From sequence record OR992645.1: a stretch of 64,000 bases of DNA. One strand, 5' to 3'. Position numbers and translations under genes: made by a program. Under the pieces are notes generated by a model. It had not been told where the DNA came from and did not search any database. It saw nothing but the letters and a program-made list of their open reading frames with translations. Each line of letters opens with the position of its first letter. Position 1 is the first letter of the stretch. This document shows positions 8,870 to 17,936 of this stretch, piece after piece. This DNA is from Escherichia phage EI-SP-GF.

Positions 8870-11800
8870 ATGTGTGGTCCGAACGGGGCGATAATTGCAA
8901 CGCAGAGGATGCACAAGCCTAATGATCAGCAACTTGTTAACGTATTCTACGGGCAAGATGTCTGGGGAGATGATACATGGCGTTCCTTAAATATTACCTA
9001 CACCCATGAAGTAATAATGGCTCGTGGGTACGGAACAAGTGGCATTTTCTTCAATAATGGTACTAAGCAGTATCGCGGATTCTCTCGCAACCTGTGCAAC
9101 GATATTGGAGCACAATCTGCAAACAATAATCCTCGCGCCAATTTTATCCATTATCAAGCTCTTGCTACAGCCAAGTATGTTGAGCAACGACTGCCAGTTA
9201 GCTGGACAGAGAGTGTTTACTTCCAGGGTATTCATAGAGAAGGTTTTTTAGGGACCTTTACCGTTGTTAATGGCAAACTTTGGTGGTCAGGCATCCCAAG
9301 GGGAAGTTTTGCAGGATCTAATAACCTGTTTGGCGGCAGACTTAACAGCCAGGGGTTCACAGAGGTTCCTGAGAATTGGTATAAAAATGTCCCAGTAGAT
9401 AGTTGGGATATTGATGATATTTTTGACGTTAACGGTGTTAGCAGTGTTAGCAATATTTACATCGGTGACACGGTCAAGATGAAATTGAAGCCTCAACCAG
9501 AGGGGGCCACGTTCATTATTGACAAGATTGAACTGGTAAATGCTGCAGGCACGGTTGTTACAGATGCAAATTACCAATTCTCCACCAACTGGAACCACGG
9601 CGGGGCCAACGAGGTTGTTGTTACTCAGTATAACAGAAATGTTAACAGACGCGGTCTGTACTCTGTAAAAATAACCTATCATGACAAGCATGGCACGGGC
9701 AGAACTCACACAACAAGGACTTTGAACTGGAACACTATAGTTCCTGCGTATCCGTCTGATGGTAAATGGCACACTGTAGGCAGAAACAAACAGTTCCATG
9801 TTAACGATACTGTGTACTTTGGGCTTAACGCTGCTCAGCCAGCTCCAGAAAGCGATACAGCGTATATGGTTCGGCTGCACAGGCAAGATGCTGGGTCTGT
9901 TACCTACGATGTGACCCAAGAGATCTACAATCAGAGACGCTCCACGTATGACAATATTGTGAAAACACAAGCCTTGTGGGAGTTCAACCCTAACGGCAAA
10001 GGTGGTAAAATGTTGCAGGTTAACGAGCAAAACGGAACATCGTTAACTGTCCACGAACACCCAGACCCTTGGCCTGACCCTGGTAAACCTAACTCAGGTG
10101 CTCGCACACTGCAAGTTGTCAGTCATGATGTAGGCTATTTTGGGATACGTTGGGAGGCCACAGTAAAATATGCCGATGGGACAACAAACAACATAGGGAT
10201 TACGCTTGGTGGCACTAGTGAGAGTAACTCGCTGAAAATTGCCTACACTCCTAGAGGTATCTCTATTGACAACATGGATATAGTCCGTAACGGTTACGGA
10301 GATGTAAACATCAAAGTTACTCTTGGTGAGCATCTTGGCGGAGAAAGGATCATTATGTATGCCTTTGATCATGACCCTCGAACCAACGGAACTTATGCAA
10401 ATCAGGCCTGGAGTTACCTGATAAGTGCACCTGAGCCGAATACTAAAGAATTCTACTACGGTATGAAGCGAGATGTGTGCAAGAAAACAGGAACACACGA
10501 CTGGATTGCTATCTGTGTTAAAGATGAGAGAACAGCTTGGGATGAGCCTGTTAACCGCTGGTTCATAGGTATTCCCACCAGAAGTGATAAATACGTTGAA
10601 GAATATATTGTATGTATGGGCGGCACCAACCTCAACATGTGTTGGAACGAGGACGCAAACAAATATTCTGATTATGACTATATGAGGGACTACTCTTGTA
10701 ATCAATGGTTCAACCAATCCGGGTATGCTAATAGACAGTCAAGGGTAAACCCTGCAATCTTCACAGATACGCAGGTTTTCTTGACAAAACAGGCCAACGA
10801 GGTTCAGACCTTCAAGAACAACTATGATCCTAACAAGTGGTTCTACAACTGTTCCGGAGCAATATTCTGGGGGCCTGGTGAACTGCCTGATAGTGGTTCT
10901 TGCTTCGAGGCTGCAACCTATGGCAGTGACTATATTATGGGGCAGGTCAAGAAGTACAAGATGATTCCAGGACCTGAAACTTTAGGTAATGCTGTTGACC
11001 CGTACATAAATTTCGCAGCTATACATGCTAATATGGATGGAGAGAGATATCCGTTTGTTGTTCCGTTAACTTGGGGGTACAAACGTGTCGTGATGATTAT
11101 TAAATGCGATCTGATCGGGAAGCAAGTTCTTGCAGAAAATGGAACATCCACACACCCTTTTGAAGTTGCTCTGCACTACCAGTTTGCAGACTCACCATAT
11201 GCAGGGGATAAAAGAATATCCGACACAGACTCTAAGCGCTGTAAGAAAGTTTTACTTGGAGCCGGGTGGTGGTGGTACGAGTTTGATTTGACAGATAAGT
11301 TCACAGATGATACCAAAACTCTCACAGGTATCCGTCTGGACCTTGGTGAGAACATGCATAAAAGTGTTTGTGATGGTACCTACGGTGACCCTACGGTATA
11401 TCTAAAGTATGTTTCTCTTGAGCATCGCGAAGAGGATGTTTACGGTCCAAAACTGAGATTGTTTGGCGCATGGATTGCCAAAGACAGAGTAGGTATGGGT
11501 AAGAAGGTGAGAGGCTTCTTGATAGATGTAGGGACAGAGGACATGCTGGTTAATGCAGTATGGCCTGAATTACCCGGAACTCAGTGGAACAACTCTGCCA
11601 AATCTATAAACTGGTACAATATTCACAGAGCTATGTGGACCACTAACTGCTACTTGTGGAGAGAGCTTAACGATCAGGCCTTTGGCTTTAGTAACGGCAG
11701 AAGGATGGCGATCATTTGCTGGACAACATTGCAAAGATGTTATGACCATGACTATGAGATTGGTGGTAGGGCATGGAAAGATATCAGGGACAGAGTTATA

Positions 11801-13681
11801 TACAATTTTGCAGACGATAATGGTGGCGGGGCATATAACTTTGGCACAAGCCGACTTATCCATTTGAACGGATCCTCAGCCTACAAGAAAGAGGGTTACT
11901 CTGGGTCTATGATTGAGTGGGGTCTGGTGAAAGATGCTCGCGTATTGATGGGTCAACAACTTGCTGCTGCAATAGGACCTAGCGCAGTGCAGTCGGTTAA
12001 ACCAGCGTGGTTCGATATCCCAATATGGTCATCTGGAACACCAGGAACTGCGGCAATTAACCCTACCACCGGAGATTTGGAAATCTCTTGGGAGGACTTA
12101 AAGCAGGTCGGTGGCTGGGATAAGACTGGGTACCAGGTGCAATGGTGGAGATCTGACGGATCGTTAGCGGCTGATGAGTTTGTTAAGGACAATTTCTACA
12201 CCATGTCCTCTGCAAAAGCACAACAATTGTTTGGTCAGGCCACCCCGTCAACGATCACTATGTCCATGTGCTGTAAAGACAACAGGACGGGAGCTCTGGG
12301 ACCAAGGGTTGCTAAAGTTTTCTCAGGTATTAAATGGAATCTCCCTGTTCAAAGTGTTTCATGGAAGCAAATAGGTGATAACAAGCTGCTGGTTACTCCT
12401 GCCTGTCAGTTCAACGCAACTCTTAACGTTGATCCTGCTGTTGCGGCAAACTCAGCTAAAGCTTCTGACTTCTCTGTGTCTAACACTGCTATGGCAGATG
12501 TGAGGAAGATTGACACACTGAACGCCAGAATTACCTGTAAAAACACTTATGGCACATTCCAGATCATCAACAACTTCACAGATGCTGATTCTAAGGTAGT
12601 AAGGACAGCAAGCCAGACTATGCAGTTGGGCACTCTGGCATACTCTGCCCTGATCACTGAACAATCTCCTACTCTTCAGGGTGGGGGTGTTGGTAAGTTG
12701 ATCACAACACCTGTGTGGAAGCCAAATGAGTGGGTTGTGTTTGATTTGACTGTAGACTTCTCCAGTGACAATAACTGGACATGGGTAAGGAATTGCTTGC
12801 CACAGTTGATGGGCGGTCCAAATTCCGTTAGTGATAGCCACGACTCTACCGATCCGAGCGTGTTCCAGGTGGGGAAAACTCACCCAGAGACTGGGGAAAC
12901 GTTGCCTGACAGGAAGTATGCTTTAGTTTGCATCTCCAACGGCAAGGCAGATATAACCTTCTCGGGGATACACTCGTATAACGGCACTTACAACTTCTCT
13001 AAAAAGTACAGCCTCAAGGCAGGTAACATTATAGACGAAGTTGGTCCGTTATATAACCCAGGTAACGGTATTGGGATTGTAACTGGTATTCTTCCTATGC
13101 AGGAGCCTTCTATAACCCCAGCCAACGTGCCTGGTATCAGAAAAACTTGGGAAAGTAGCAATACCAATATTGCAACAGTGGATGCTACCACAGGACTGGT
13201 AACATTTAAGGCTACCGGGAATGTCACCATAAGGTTTGTAGTTACAGATGATGCAGGCCGCAAAACGTCTTCAACATCGTTTACTGTCAAACAGATGGCA
13301 CCTCAGTGGTTTATTTGGGAAGGAAATCCTCTTGACGGGGCTTACCCTAGACCTGCAGGAACGTCTAATATGAGGGTCTTTACCGGTCCAGTCATGGACA
13401 ATCCAACCACAACCACCAACCCTGCATTTTTTGGTGCTTACATACCTGAAATTATTGGCCTACCAAGGAACCAAATACAATTGCTTTTCGGGGCAGGCGT
13501 TGATGGTCTAGCCACTTTCGGGTACAGTGACAACATTGATGCAGCCAGAAGCTCGGGTTGGATTGGATTTAAGTTCCAGTGGAACCCTGGTGGTAGAACA
13601 TTAGGTCTTGCAAGTGTAGGTGTTATGCTGCCTGGCAACCAGCAATACCATCTCGAAGCTTATACAAACTTCCCTAGTTAA
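8870..13681 (+). CDS. large tail fibre/host-specificity protein with Big_2-like Ig domain (about 1,600 aa)
   Basis: Long ORF; first ATG at 8870 with AAAGGA RBS (frame opens at a TTG at 8801); C-terminal segment NIATVDATTGLVTFKATGNVTIRFVVTDDAG resembles bacterial Ig-like group 2; followed by a strong hairpin terminator. Confidence 0.55.
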   Translation: MCGPNGAIIATQRMHKPNDQQLVNVFYGQDVWGDDTWRSLNITYTHEVIMARGYGTSGIFFNNGTKQYRGFSRNLCNDIGAQSANNNPRANFIHYQALATAKYVEQRLPVSWTESVYFQGIHREGFLGTFTVVNGKLWWSGIPRGSFAGSNNLFGGRLNSQGFTEVPENWYKNVPVDSWDIDDIFDVNGVSSVSNIYIGDTVKMKLKPQPEGATFIIDKIELVNAAGTVVTDANYQFSTNWNHGGANEVVVTQYNRNVNRRGLYSVKITYHDKHGTGRTHTTRTLNWNTIVPAYPSDGKWHTVGRNKQFHVNDTVYFGLNAAQPAPESDTAYMVRLHRQDAGSVTYDVTQEIYNQRRSTYDNIVKTQALWEFNPNGKGGKMLQVNEQNGTSLTVHEHPDPWPDPGKPNSGARTLQVVSHDVGYFGIRWEATVKYADGTTNNIGITLGGTSESNSLKIAYTPRGISIDNMDIVRNGYGDVNIKVTLGEHLGGERIIMYAFDHDPRTNGTYANQAWSYLISAPEPNTKEFYYGMKRDVCKKTGTHDWIAICVKDERTAWDEPVNRWFIGIPTRSDKYVEEYIVCMGGTNLNMCWNEDANKYSDYDYMRDYSCNQWFNQSGYANRQSRVNPAIFTDTQVFLTKQANEVQTFKNNYDPNKWFYNCSGAIFWGPGELPDSGSCFEAATYGSDYIMGQVKKYKMIPGPETLGNAVDPYINFAAIHANMDGERYPFVVPLTWGYKRVVMIIKCDLIGKQVLAENGTSTHPFEVALHYQFADSPYAGDKRISDTDSKRCKKVLLGAGWWWYEFDLTDKFTDDTKTLTGIRLDLGENMHKSVCDGTYGDPTVYLKYVSLEHREEDVYGPKLRLFGAWIAKDRVGMGKKVRGFLIDVGTEDMLVNAVWPELPGTQWNNSAKSINWYNIHRAMWTTNCYLWRELNDQAFGFSNGRRMAIICWTTLQRCYDHDYEIGGRAWKDIRDRVIYNFADDNGGGAYNFGTSRLIHLNGSSAYKKEGYSGSMIEWGLVKDARVLMGQQLAAAIGPSAVQSVKPAWFDIPIWSSGTPGTAAINPTTGDLEISWEDLKQVGGWDKTGYQVQWWRSDGSLAADEFVKDNFYTMSSAKAQQLFGQATPSTITMSMCCKDNRTGALGPRVAKVFSGIKWNLPVQSVSWKQIGDNKLLVTPACQFNATLNVDPAVAANSAKASDFSVSNTAMADVRKIDTLNARITCKNTYGTFQIINNFTDADSKVVRTASQTMQLGTLAYSALITEQSPTLQGGGVGKLITTPVWKPNEWVVFDLTVDFSSDNNWTWVRNCLPQLMGGPNSVSDSHDSTDPSVFQVGKTHPETGETLPDRKYALVCISNGKADITFSGIHSYNGTYNFSKKYSLKAGNIIDEVGPLYNPGNGIGIVTGILPMQEPSITPANVPGIRKTWESSNTNIATVDATTGLVTFKATGNVTIRFVVTDDAGRKTSSTSFTVKQMAPQWFIWEGNPLDGAYPRPAGTSNMRVFTGPVMDNPTTTTNPAFFGAYIPEIIGLPRNQIQLLFGAGVDGLATFGYSDNIDAARSSGWIGFKFQWNPGGRTLGLASVGVMLPGNQQYHLEAYTNFPS

Positions 13682-13691
13682 CAGGAGACAA

Positions 13692-13722
13692 ATAAAAAGG
13701 GGCCAAACGGCCCCTTTCTTTT
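13692..13722. terminator. bidirectional Rho-independent terminator between convergent genes
   Basis: AAAAAGGGGCCAAACGGCCCCTTTCTTTTT: GC stem flanked by an A-tract and a T-tract. Confidence 0.6.
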
Positions 13723-13727
13723 TATAG

Positions 13728-13928
13728 TTAGTAATACTCCCAACATGCCCCATCTTCAGACGGCTTGACTCGCTTACCCTTGTGGTCCACATAAGTGTAA
13801 CCGCAACCTTCGCAGATAACAGGTGCCGCATAACCTTCCTTCCACTGATCTTCTGTGATCAGTCCTTCCAGATCTCTGCAGTCAAAACCAAACAACTCTT
13901 CAGAACAATTTTTGCAAAAATCAGCCAT
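13728..13928 (-). CDS. small zinc-ribbon protein
   Basis: 66 aa with CxxC...CxxC (CKNC ... CEGC); ATG start. Confidence 0.4.
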   Translation of the reverse strand: MADFCKNCSEELFGFDCRDLEGLITEDQWKEGYAAPVICEGCGYTYVDHKGKRVKPSEDGACWEYY

Positions 13929-13931
13929 TTC

Positions 13932-14339
13932 TCAGTCCTCGCATTTAACAAATTTTTCTACAGATCCACCAAGCACAGCTTGTTGTTTGATGGCACTTTC
14001 TTCATCATAGTGGATAGACTTATGTTCCGTACCTCCGAACTTACCTGTGTGGAAGGTGTGCACCCAAATCTCTTTGGGAAGGGATTTATTCTCTTCTTCC
14101 ACCAATTCCCACATACCCCACAAGTGATCTGTGATATCTTTGATGAAATATCCCTCGCCGAGGTTTGTATTCACACTATAGGCCGATTCGTGATCTCCGT
14201 GAATATAACGGAAGGCAGTATACTCTTTCCCTGGCGTGAAGTGGGTATCCATCAGTATAGCTGTTAGAGAATTAGGGTCTCGAAAGCCCAAGAACTTTAG
14301 TTTAACAATTTCGACGTTCACACTTGCAAGATTATCCAT
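13932..14339 (-). CDS. hypothetical protein
   Basis: Start moved to the first ATG with GAGGAG RBS (the frame opens at a TTG at 14414); no confident motif. Confidence 0.4.
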   Translation of the reverse strand: MDNLASVNVEIVKLKFLGFRDPNSLTAILMDTHFTPGKEYTAFRYIHGDHESAYSVNTNLGEGYFIKDITDHLWGMWELVEEENKSLPKEIWVHTFHTGKFGGTEHKSIHYDEESAIKQQAVLGGSVEKFVKCED

Positions 14340-14502
14340 GACAATCTCCTCTGCTTGGTTGATGAGATAATCATATATAAATCTGGTGTTGATGTCAAGC
14401 TTAATTTTAAGCAATTTGAGAGGGTATTTTATTTAGAGAGGTAATCACACAGAGGTAGGCAGTTTATGAAGGCACAGGCCTCGTTTGAGGCCTTAAAACA
14501 GA

Positions 14503-14883
14503 TTATGACGATTTGACGTAGCGCTCTGACAAAGCTGGGAAGCCAAAAGCAGCACCTACACTACCGTACGCTATCCACCATTGAAGTTCATCGTGACACC
14601 ATTTTCCGATCAGAAAGGTGCTGGGGTAGCGAGTCAGTATTTTGGCATAAGCTTTAGGGTCTGCATCCTCTGGGATAATGATGCTTGGAACATCTTTGTT
14701 ATGACCACAGCAGCAGTTTAGAGTTTTCAATCCTGCCGCCCATAGACTCATGATAGGTTTAGCCATGCACTTATCAAGGCACACACGTTTTTTGCCGTCA
14801 CGGAGCTTTTTAGGCACATCAACGATAACATTTGGATGCTTGGCACCTTTCACTTTCCAATTATAAGATTTACACTTGCACAT
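14503..14883 (-). CDS. Cys-rich hypothetical protein (possible metal-binding/nuclease-like)
   Basis: 126 aa with CKCK, CLDKC and CCCGHN clusters; ATG start. Confidence 0.4.
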   Translation of the reverse strand: MCKCKSYNWKVKGAKHPNVIVDVPKKLRDGKKRVCLDKCMAKPIMSLWAAGLKTLNCCCGHNKDVPSIIIPEDADPKAYAKILTRYPSTFLIGKWCHDELQWWIAYGSVGAAFGFPALSERYVKSS

Positions 14884-14913
14884 TTAGTCAGTCTCCATCT
14901 AGAAAGCCATACT

Positions 14914-15084
14914 TTACTTAAAGTCTTTGTCACCTATTACGATTGCACGAATCCACTCATTGTGATGCTCAATGGATGTAAGGTGTAACATAATGCAGTG
15001 ATTGTCATTACCGAACACGGCTCGATAAGCCTTAGCAGCACCATGATATAACTTCCACATCACGTAATGGTATCTTCGTTTCAT
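14914..15084 (-). CDS. small His/Cys-rich protein (56 aa)
   Basis: Translated by hand; ATGA overlap with the stop of the upstream HAD gene; absent from the ORF track because it is under 60 aa. Confidence 0.3.
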   Translation of the reverse strand: MKRRYHYVMWKLYHGAAKAYRAVFGNDNHCIMLHLTSIEHHNEWIRAIVIGDKDFK

Positions 15085-15554
15085 GGTTCTTTCTCCGGTT
15101 CAGGATCTGGGTAATCTTCAATAATAAAGGGCCATCCGTTACGCTTAGCGTCAGACTTATACTCAATCTCCTTCATTGCAAACTCTAACTGATTCTTAGC
15201 CGGAATGCAAGCTGGAGAGTCATCAACCCAGATGTCTGGGTAGATATCAAACTGCGCCAGATAAGCGGCCTTCTGAACGCCTCCAGTATAAAACACTCCA
15301 ACATCGAGCTCCTTGCGCCAGTATTCGATGTCCACGTTGTCTTGAGTGATGAATCGGGAAGTCACAAGATAGACTGTCCACCCTTCCTTCTTCAGGTCCT
15401 TAATAAGGCGGGAGAAGATGAAAGGGCTCGCATTAAACGTTCCATCAAAGTCAATAGCAATGATGTGTGTGCCGTGACGAGTCTCATATGGATTACTCGT
15501 GGTGAGATTGCTGTAGTTAAAAGGTACTTCTTCTCCGCAGTAGCTGTAGTCCAT
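15081..15554 (-). CDS. HAD-superfamily phosphatase (nucleotidase-like)
   Basis: Motif I IAIDFDGT, motif II VYLVTSR, C-terminal acidic motif IWVDD; ATG with AAGGTG RBS. Confidence 0.55.
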   Translation of the reverse strand: MDYSYCGEEVPFNYSNLTTSNPYETRHGTHIIAIDFDGTFNASPFIFSRLIKDLKKEGWTVYLVTSRFITQDNVDIEYWRKELDVGVFYTGGVQKAAYLAQFDIYPDIWVDDSPACIPAKNQLEFAMKEIEYKSDAKRNGWPFIIEDYPDPEPEKEP

Positions 15555-15556
15555 AT

Positions 15557-15832
15557 TCACACCTTCTCGTTGATAAATTTACGGGCGGTTTGGTGAGTTG
15601 TTTCTGCTGTCTTCAGAATGATATTAATTTTATTGTCAAGATCATTCATCTCAGCAGTTAATTCAGGAATCTCTCCAGCATGCATGGTGAAATCATACAT
15701 AGACATACCCAGGATCTCATTGATGCGGCGGTTGCATTCTGCAGCACGCTGGTTCATTTTCCAAGCTAACACCAAAGCCTCCTGCGTAGCCTCCAGTGCA
15801 AAGTCTAATACGTCAGCTTCTTCTTTCGTCAT
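15557..15832 (-). CDS. hypothetical protein
   Basis: 91-aa ORF, ATG start, coupled to neighbours. Confidence 0.4.
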   Translation of the reverse strand: MTKEEADVLDFALEATQEALVLAWKMNQRAAECNRRINEILGMSMYDFTMHAGEIPELTAEMNDLDNKINIILKTAETTHQTARKFINEKV

Positions 15833-15888
15833 CTCAGTCTCTCTTGTTGTATTGTTGATAGGTGTATGAATGCTTTATAACTCACCTT

Positions 15889-16455
15889 TTATTCAAACTG
15901 CAATAGCAAATCCACTACCGCGCTAGGTCTGTCAACAAATTCCCCAGGCCCACATGCCCACAGAGGGTATCCGTCTACATACCGCCAAATCCAACCTGCA
16001 GTGTGGAGTTCTAGCAGGGCAGTACCGTCTTTACTGTCAACCACTCTTTCCCACAGTGTTGGGCAGCGAAGCTTGAGGATCGGATCCCCTCCCTTATACC
16101 CATCCATGTAGATACCCATCGCAAAGTTTAACATCATCTTTTTGTGCACTGACCTCTTACTGAGGGTGCTCATCACTTCCTCTTTGTGAATGTTTGTAAG
16201 CTTCTCCTTGGCTACCCGCAGATCGTTGCAGCCATTGTTCAGAAGATCTTCCAGACACTTGATCCGAAGGTCGTGAATATCTTTGTCGTGCACCGTTGGT
16301 ACAGGGTCGTAGCGATAGAGCACCGTTGATACAAGGTTGCTCGGGTGTGGGTCTGACAGCAACCCATAACCCCAATACTCCTCTGTATCTGAAAGGACAA
16401 GACACCCAATGTCTCTGTCAAGCTTTCCTGTGTTGTAAGCCACATTGACCGCCAT
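15889..16455 (-). CDS. hypothetical protein
   Basis: 188-aa ORF, ATG start. Confidence 0.4.
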   Translation of the reverse strand: MAVNVAYNTGKLDRDIGCLVLSDTEEYWGYGLLSDPHPSNLVSTVLYRYDPVPTVHDKDIHDLRIKCLEDLLNNGCNDLRVAKEKLTNIHKEEVMSTLSKRSVHKKMMLNFAMGIYMDGYKGGDPILKLRCPTLWERVVDSKDGTALLELHTAGWIWRYVDGYPLWACGPGEFVDRPSAVVDLLLQFE

Positions 16456-16457
16456 GA

Positions 16458-16703
16458 TTATAGCTCCACTAGCAAAGTGCTCTCAAAATGCCTCTCATGC
16501 AGACCGTTATAAGGAACCACTTCCACAACACCGTCGCGGATGTATGGAGCCATCATGGTGACATAATCACCGAACGGGTTGACATTATCACTAACCACGA
16601 CCACATGCTGGCCCTCCTTGGCAGAGTGCCAGATAGATCTGCACTTCATCATGTGTTCGAGAGCGCCAGGTAAAATCTTGTTACGTTCTTTACGGGTCTT
16701 CAT
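16458..16703 (-). CDS. hypothetical protein
   Basis: 81-aa ORF, ATG start, tightly packed. Confidence 0.35.
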   Translation of the reverse strand: MKTRKERNKILPGALEHMMKCRSIWHSAKEGQHVVVVSDNVNPFGDYVTMMAPYIRDGVVEVVPYNGLHERHFESTLLVEL

Positions 16704-17149
16704 AACAGATATAGCTCCTTATGAAAGTGGGCTTTCAATTTCTCACCGAGAAACTTCTTGATACCTTCCTCTAAAGTGTTTTCGATGTAGTCCAACTTAA
16801 CTGCTTCGATGGACATATCATAGATCGCCAGCTCTAAGCTGTCAAGTCCCATCATAGCATGAACCATAAGATTTTCATCTTCAGATACATTCAGGGGACT
16901 TCCTATAACATCTGGAGGTAGAATAGTTTCCCAATTATTCTGGGCGGTAGATCTCCCGCCATCCACCTTACGTCTCAGCTCGAATGTATTCTTAGTGTAG
17001 AACACTTCATAAGAAACGATACGACTGTCACTCTCATAATGGACGAAGTTCAAGTAGGAGCCCAGCCGTAGTCGGCAAACTTCTACCCCAAACCATTGTT
17101 TCTTATAAGAATTCAGGCTAATGCTGTCGCATTCACGTTTGCTCAACAC
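16700..17149 (-). CDS. hypothetical protein
   Basis: 149-aa ORF; GTG start preceded by AAGGAGAG RBS; ATGA-type overlap with the downstream gene. Confidence 0.4.
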   Translation of the reverse strand: MLSKRECDSISLNSYKKQWFGVEVCRLRLGSYLNFVHYESDSRIVSYEVFYTKNTFELRRKVDGGRSTAQNNWETILPPDVIGSPLNVSEDENLMVHAMMGLDSLELAIYDMSIEAVKLDYIENTLEEGIKKFLGEKLKAHFHKELYLL

Positions 17150-17165
17150 GGCTCTCTCCTTCTTG

Positions 17166-17399
17166 TTAATCTTCGTAAATAATGATTTCTGCTTTAGGTT
17201 TTCGTGCTTTCAGGTCCAGCTCTATCCAGTGCACCATCGCTGTTTCAAGAAAAACAGCCTGGATGCATCCGTCTTCAGCGTGCCCTACCAGCATAACAAG
17301 ATCTTCACATTCATCATCTGCATCACGGACATACAAGATCTCTCCAGATTCAAAGTCTTTCACAACCTGATTGCTGGATAATTTACGAATTTTTGCCAT
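17166..17399 (-). CDS. hypothetical protein
   Basis: 77-aa ORF, acidic. Confidence 0.35.
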   Translation of the reverse strand: MAKIRKLSSNQVVKDFESGEILYVRDADDECEDLVMLVGHAEDGCIQAVFLETAMVHWIELDLKARKPKAEIIIYED

Positions 17400-17400
17400 A

Positions 17401-17664
17401 TCAGAAACCCTCTAAAAAGCTCTTGTAGAAAATAATCTCAGTATCCACACCAGTCACGATCTTGTCGTTCCTGATTTCATCTGTAAGATAGGTGTCAAAA
17501 CGCAGCACCTGTGTGGTATTGTCACACATCCACTCGGCTGTGACCATGGCAAAAATCTTGGCATCTTCATTATCTGGTGTGAATGTTACCACCTCACCGC
17601 ATTTAAACTTTTCGATAGGTTGCGTGTTAGCTTTTGGTTCTGCAATGGTGATTTTTGTAGTCAT
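17401..17664 (-). CDS. hypothetical protein
   Basis: 87-aa ORF, ATG start. Confidence 0.35.
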   Translation of the reverse strand: MTTKITIAEPKANTQPIEKFKCGEVVTFTPDNEDAKIFAMVTAEWMCDNTTQVLRFDTYLTDEIRNDKIVTGVDTEIIFYKSFLEGF

Positions 17665-17930
17665 TACTCTTCCTCCATAGTTTCACCAAATACTTCGATA
17701 CGAGCGTCAAGCTCTGTTGCTTTCAGCTCCCCGACAAAATCTTTCAGTTCTTTCTCGTCAAGATCGTATGCCCACACACAAGATGAGCATGCAGATTTCA
17801 CGATTAGCAGTGTAGATACACGGCCTGACTCTGTAATCATGCTCACAATGGTTCCTACAGGGAACGTGTTGATAGCTTTTTTAACTGGGCGTTCAGCTTT
17901 AATTACTACCTCTGTTGCCATAAATACCAT
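17664..17930 (-). CDS. hypothetical protein
   Basis: 88-aa ORF, ATG start overlapping the upstream stop. Confidence 0.35.
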   Translation of the reverse strand: MVFMATEVVIKAERPVKKAINTFPVGTIVSMITESGRVSTLLIVKSACSSCVWAYDLDEKELKDFVGELKATELDARIEVFGETMEEE

Positions 17931-17936
17931 CCTCTC

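Noticed and set aside
9287-13290. Multiple antisense ORFs inside the large tail protein gene (for example 9287-10030, 10094-10717, 12452-12883)
   Set aside because: Shadow frames of the long coding gene; no start signals; would interrupt a continuous long ORF.
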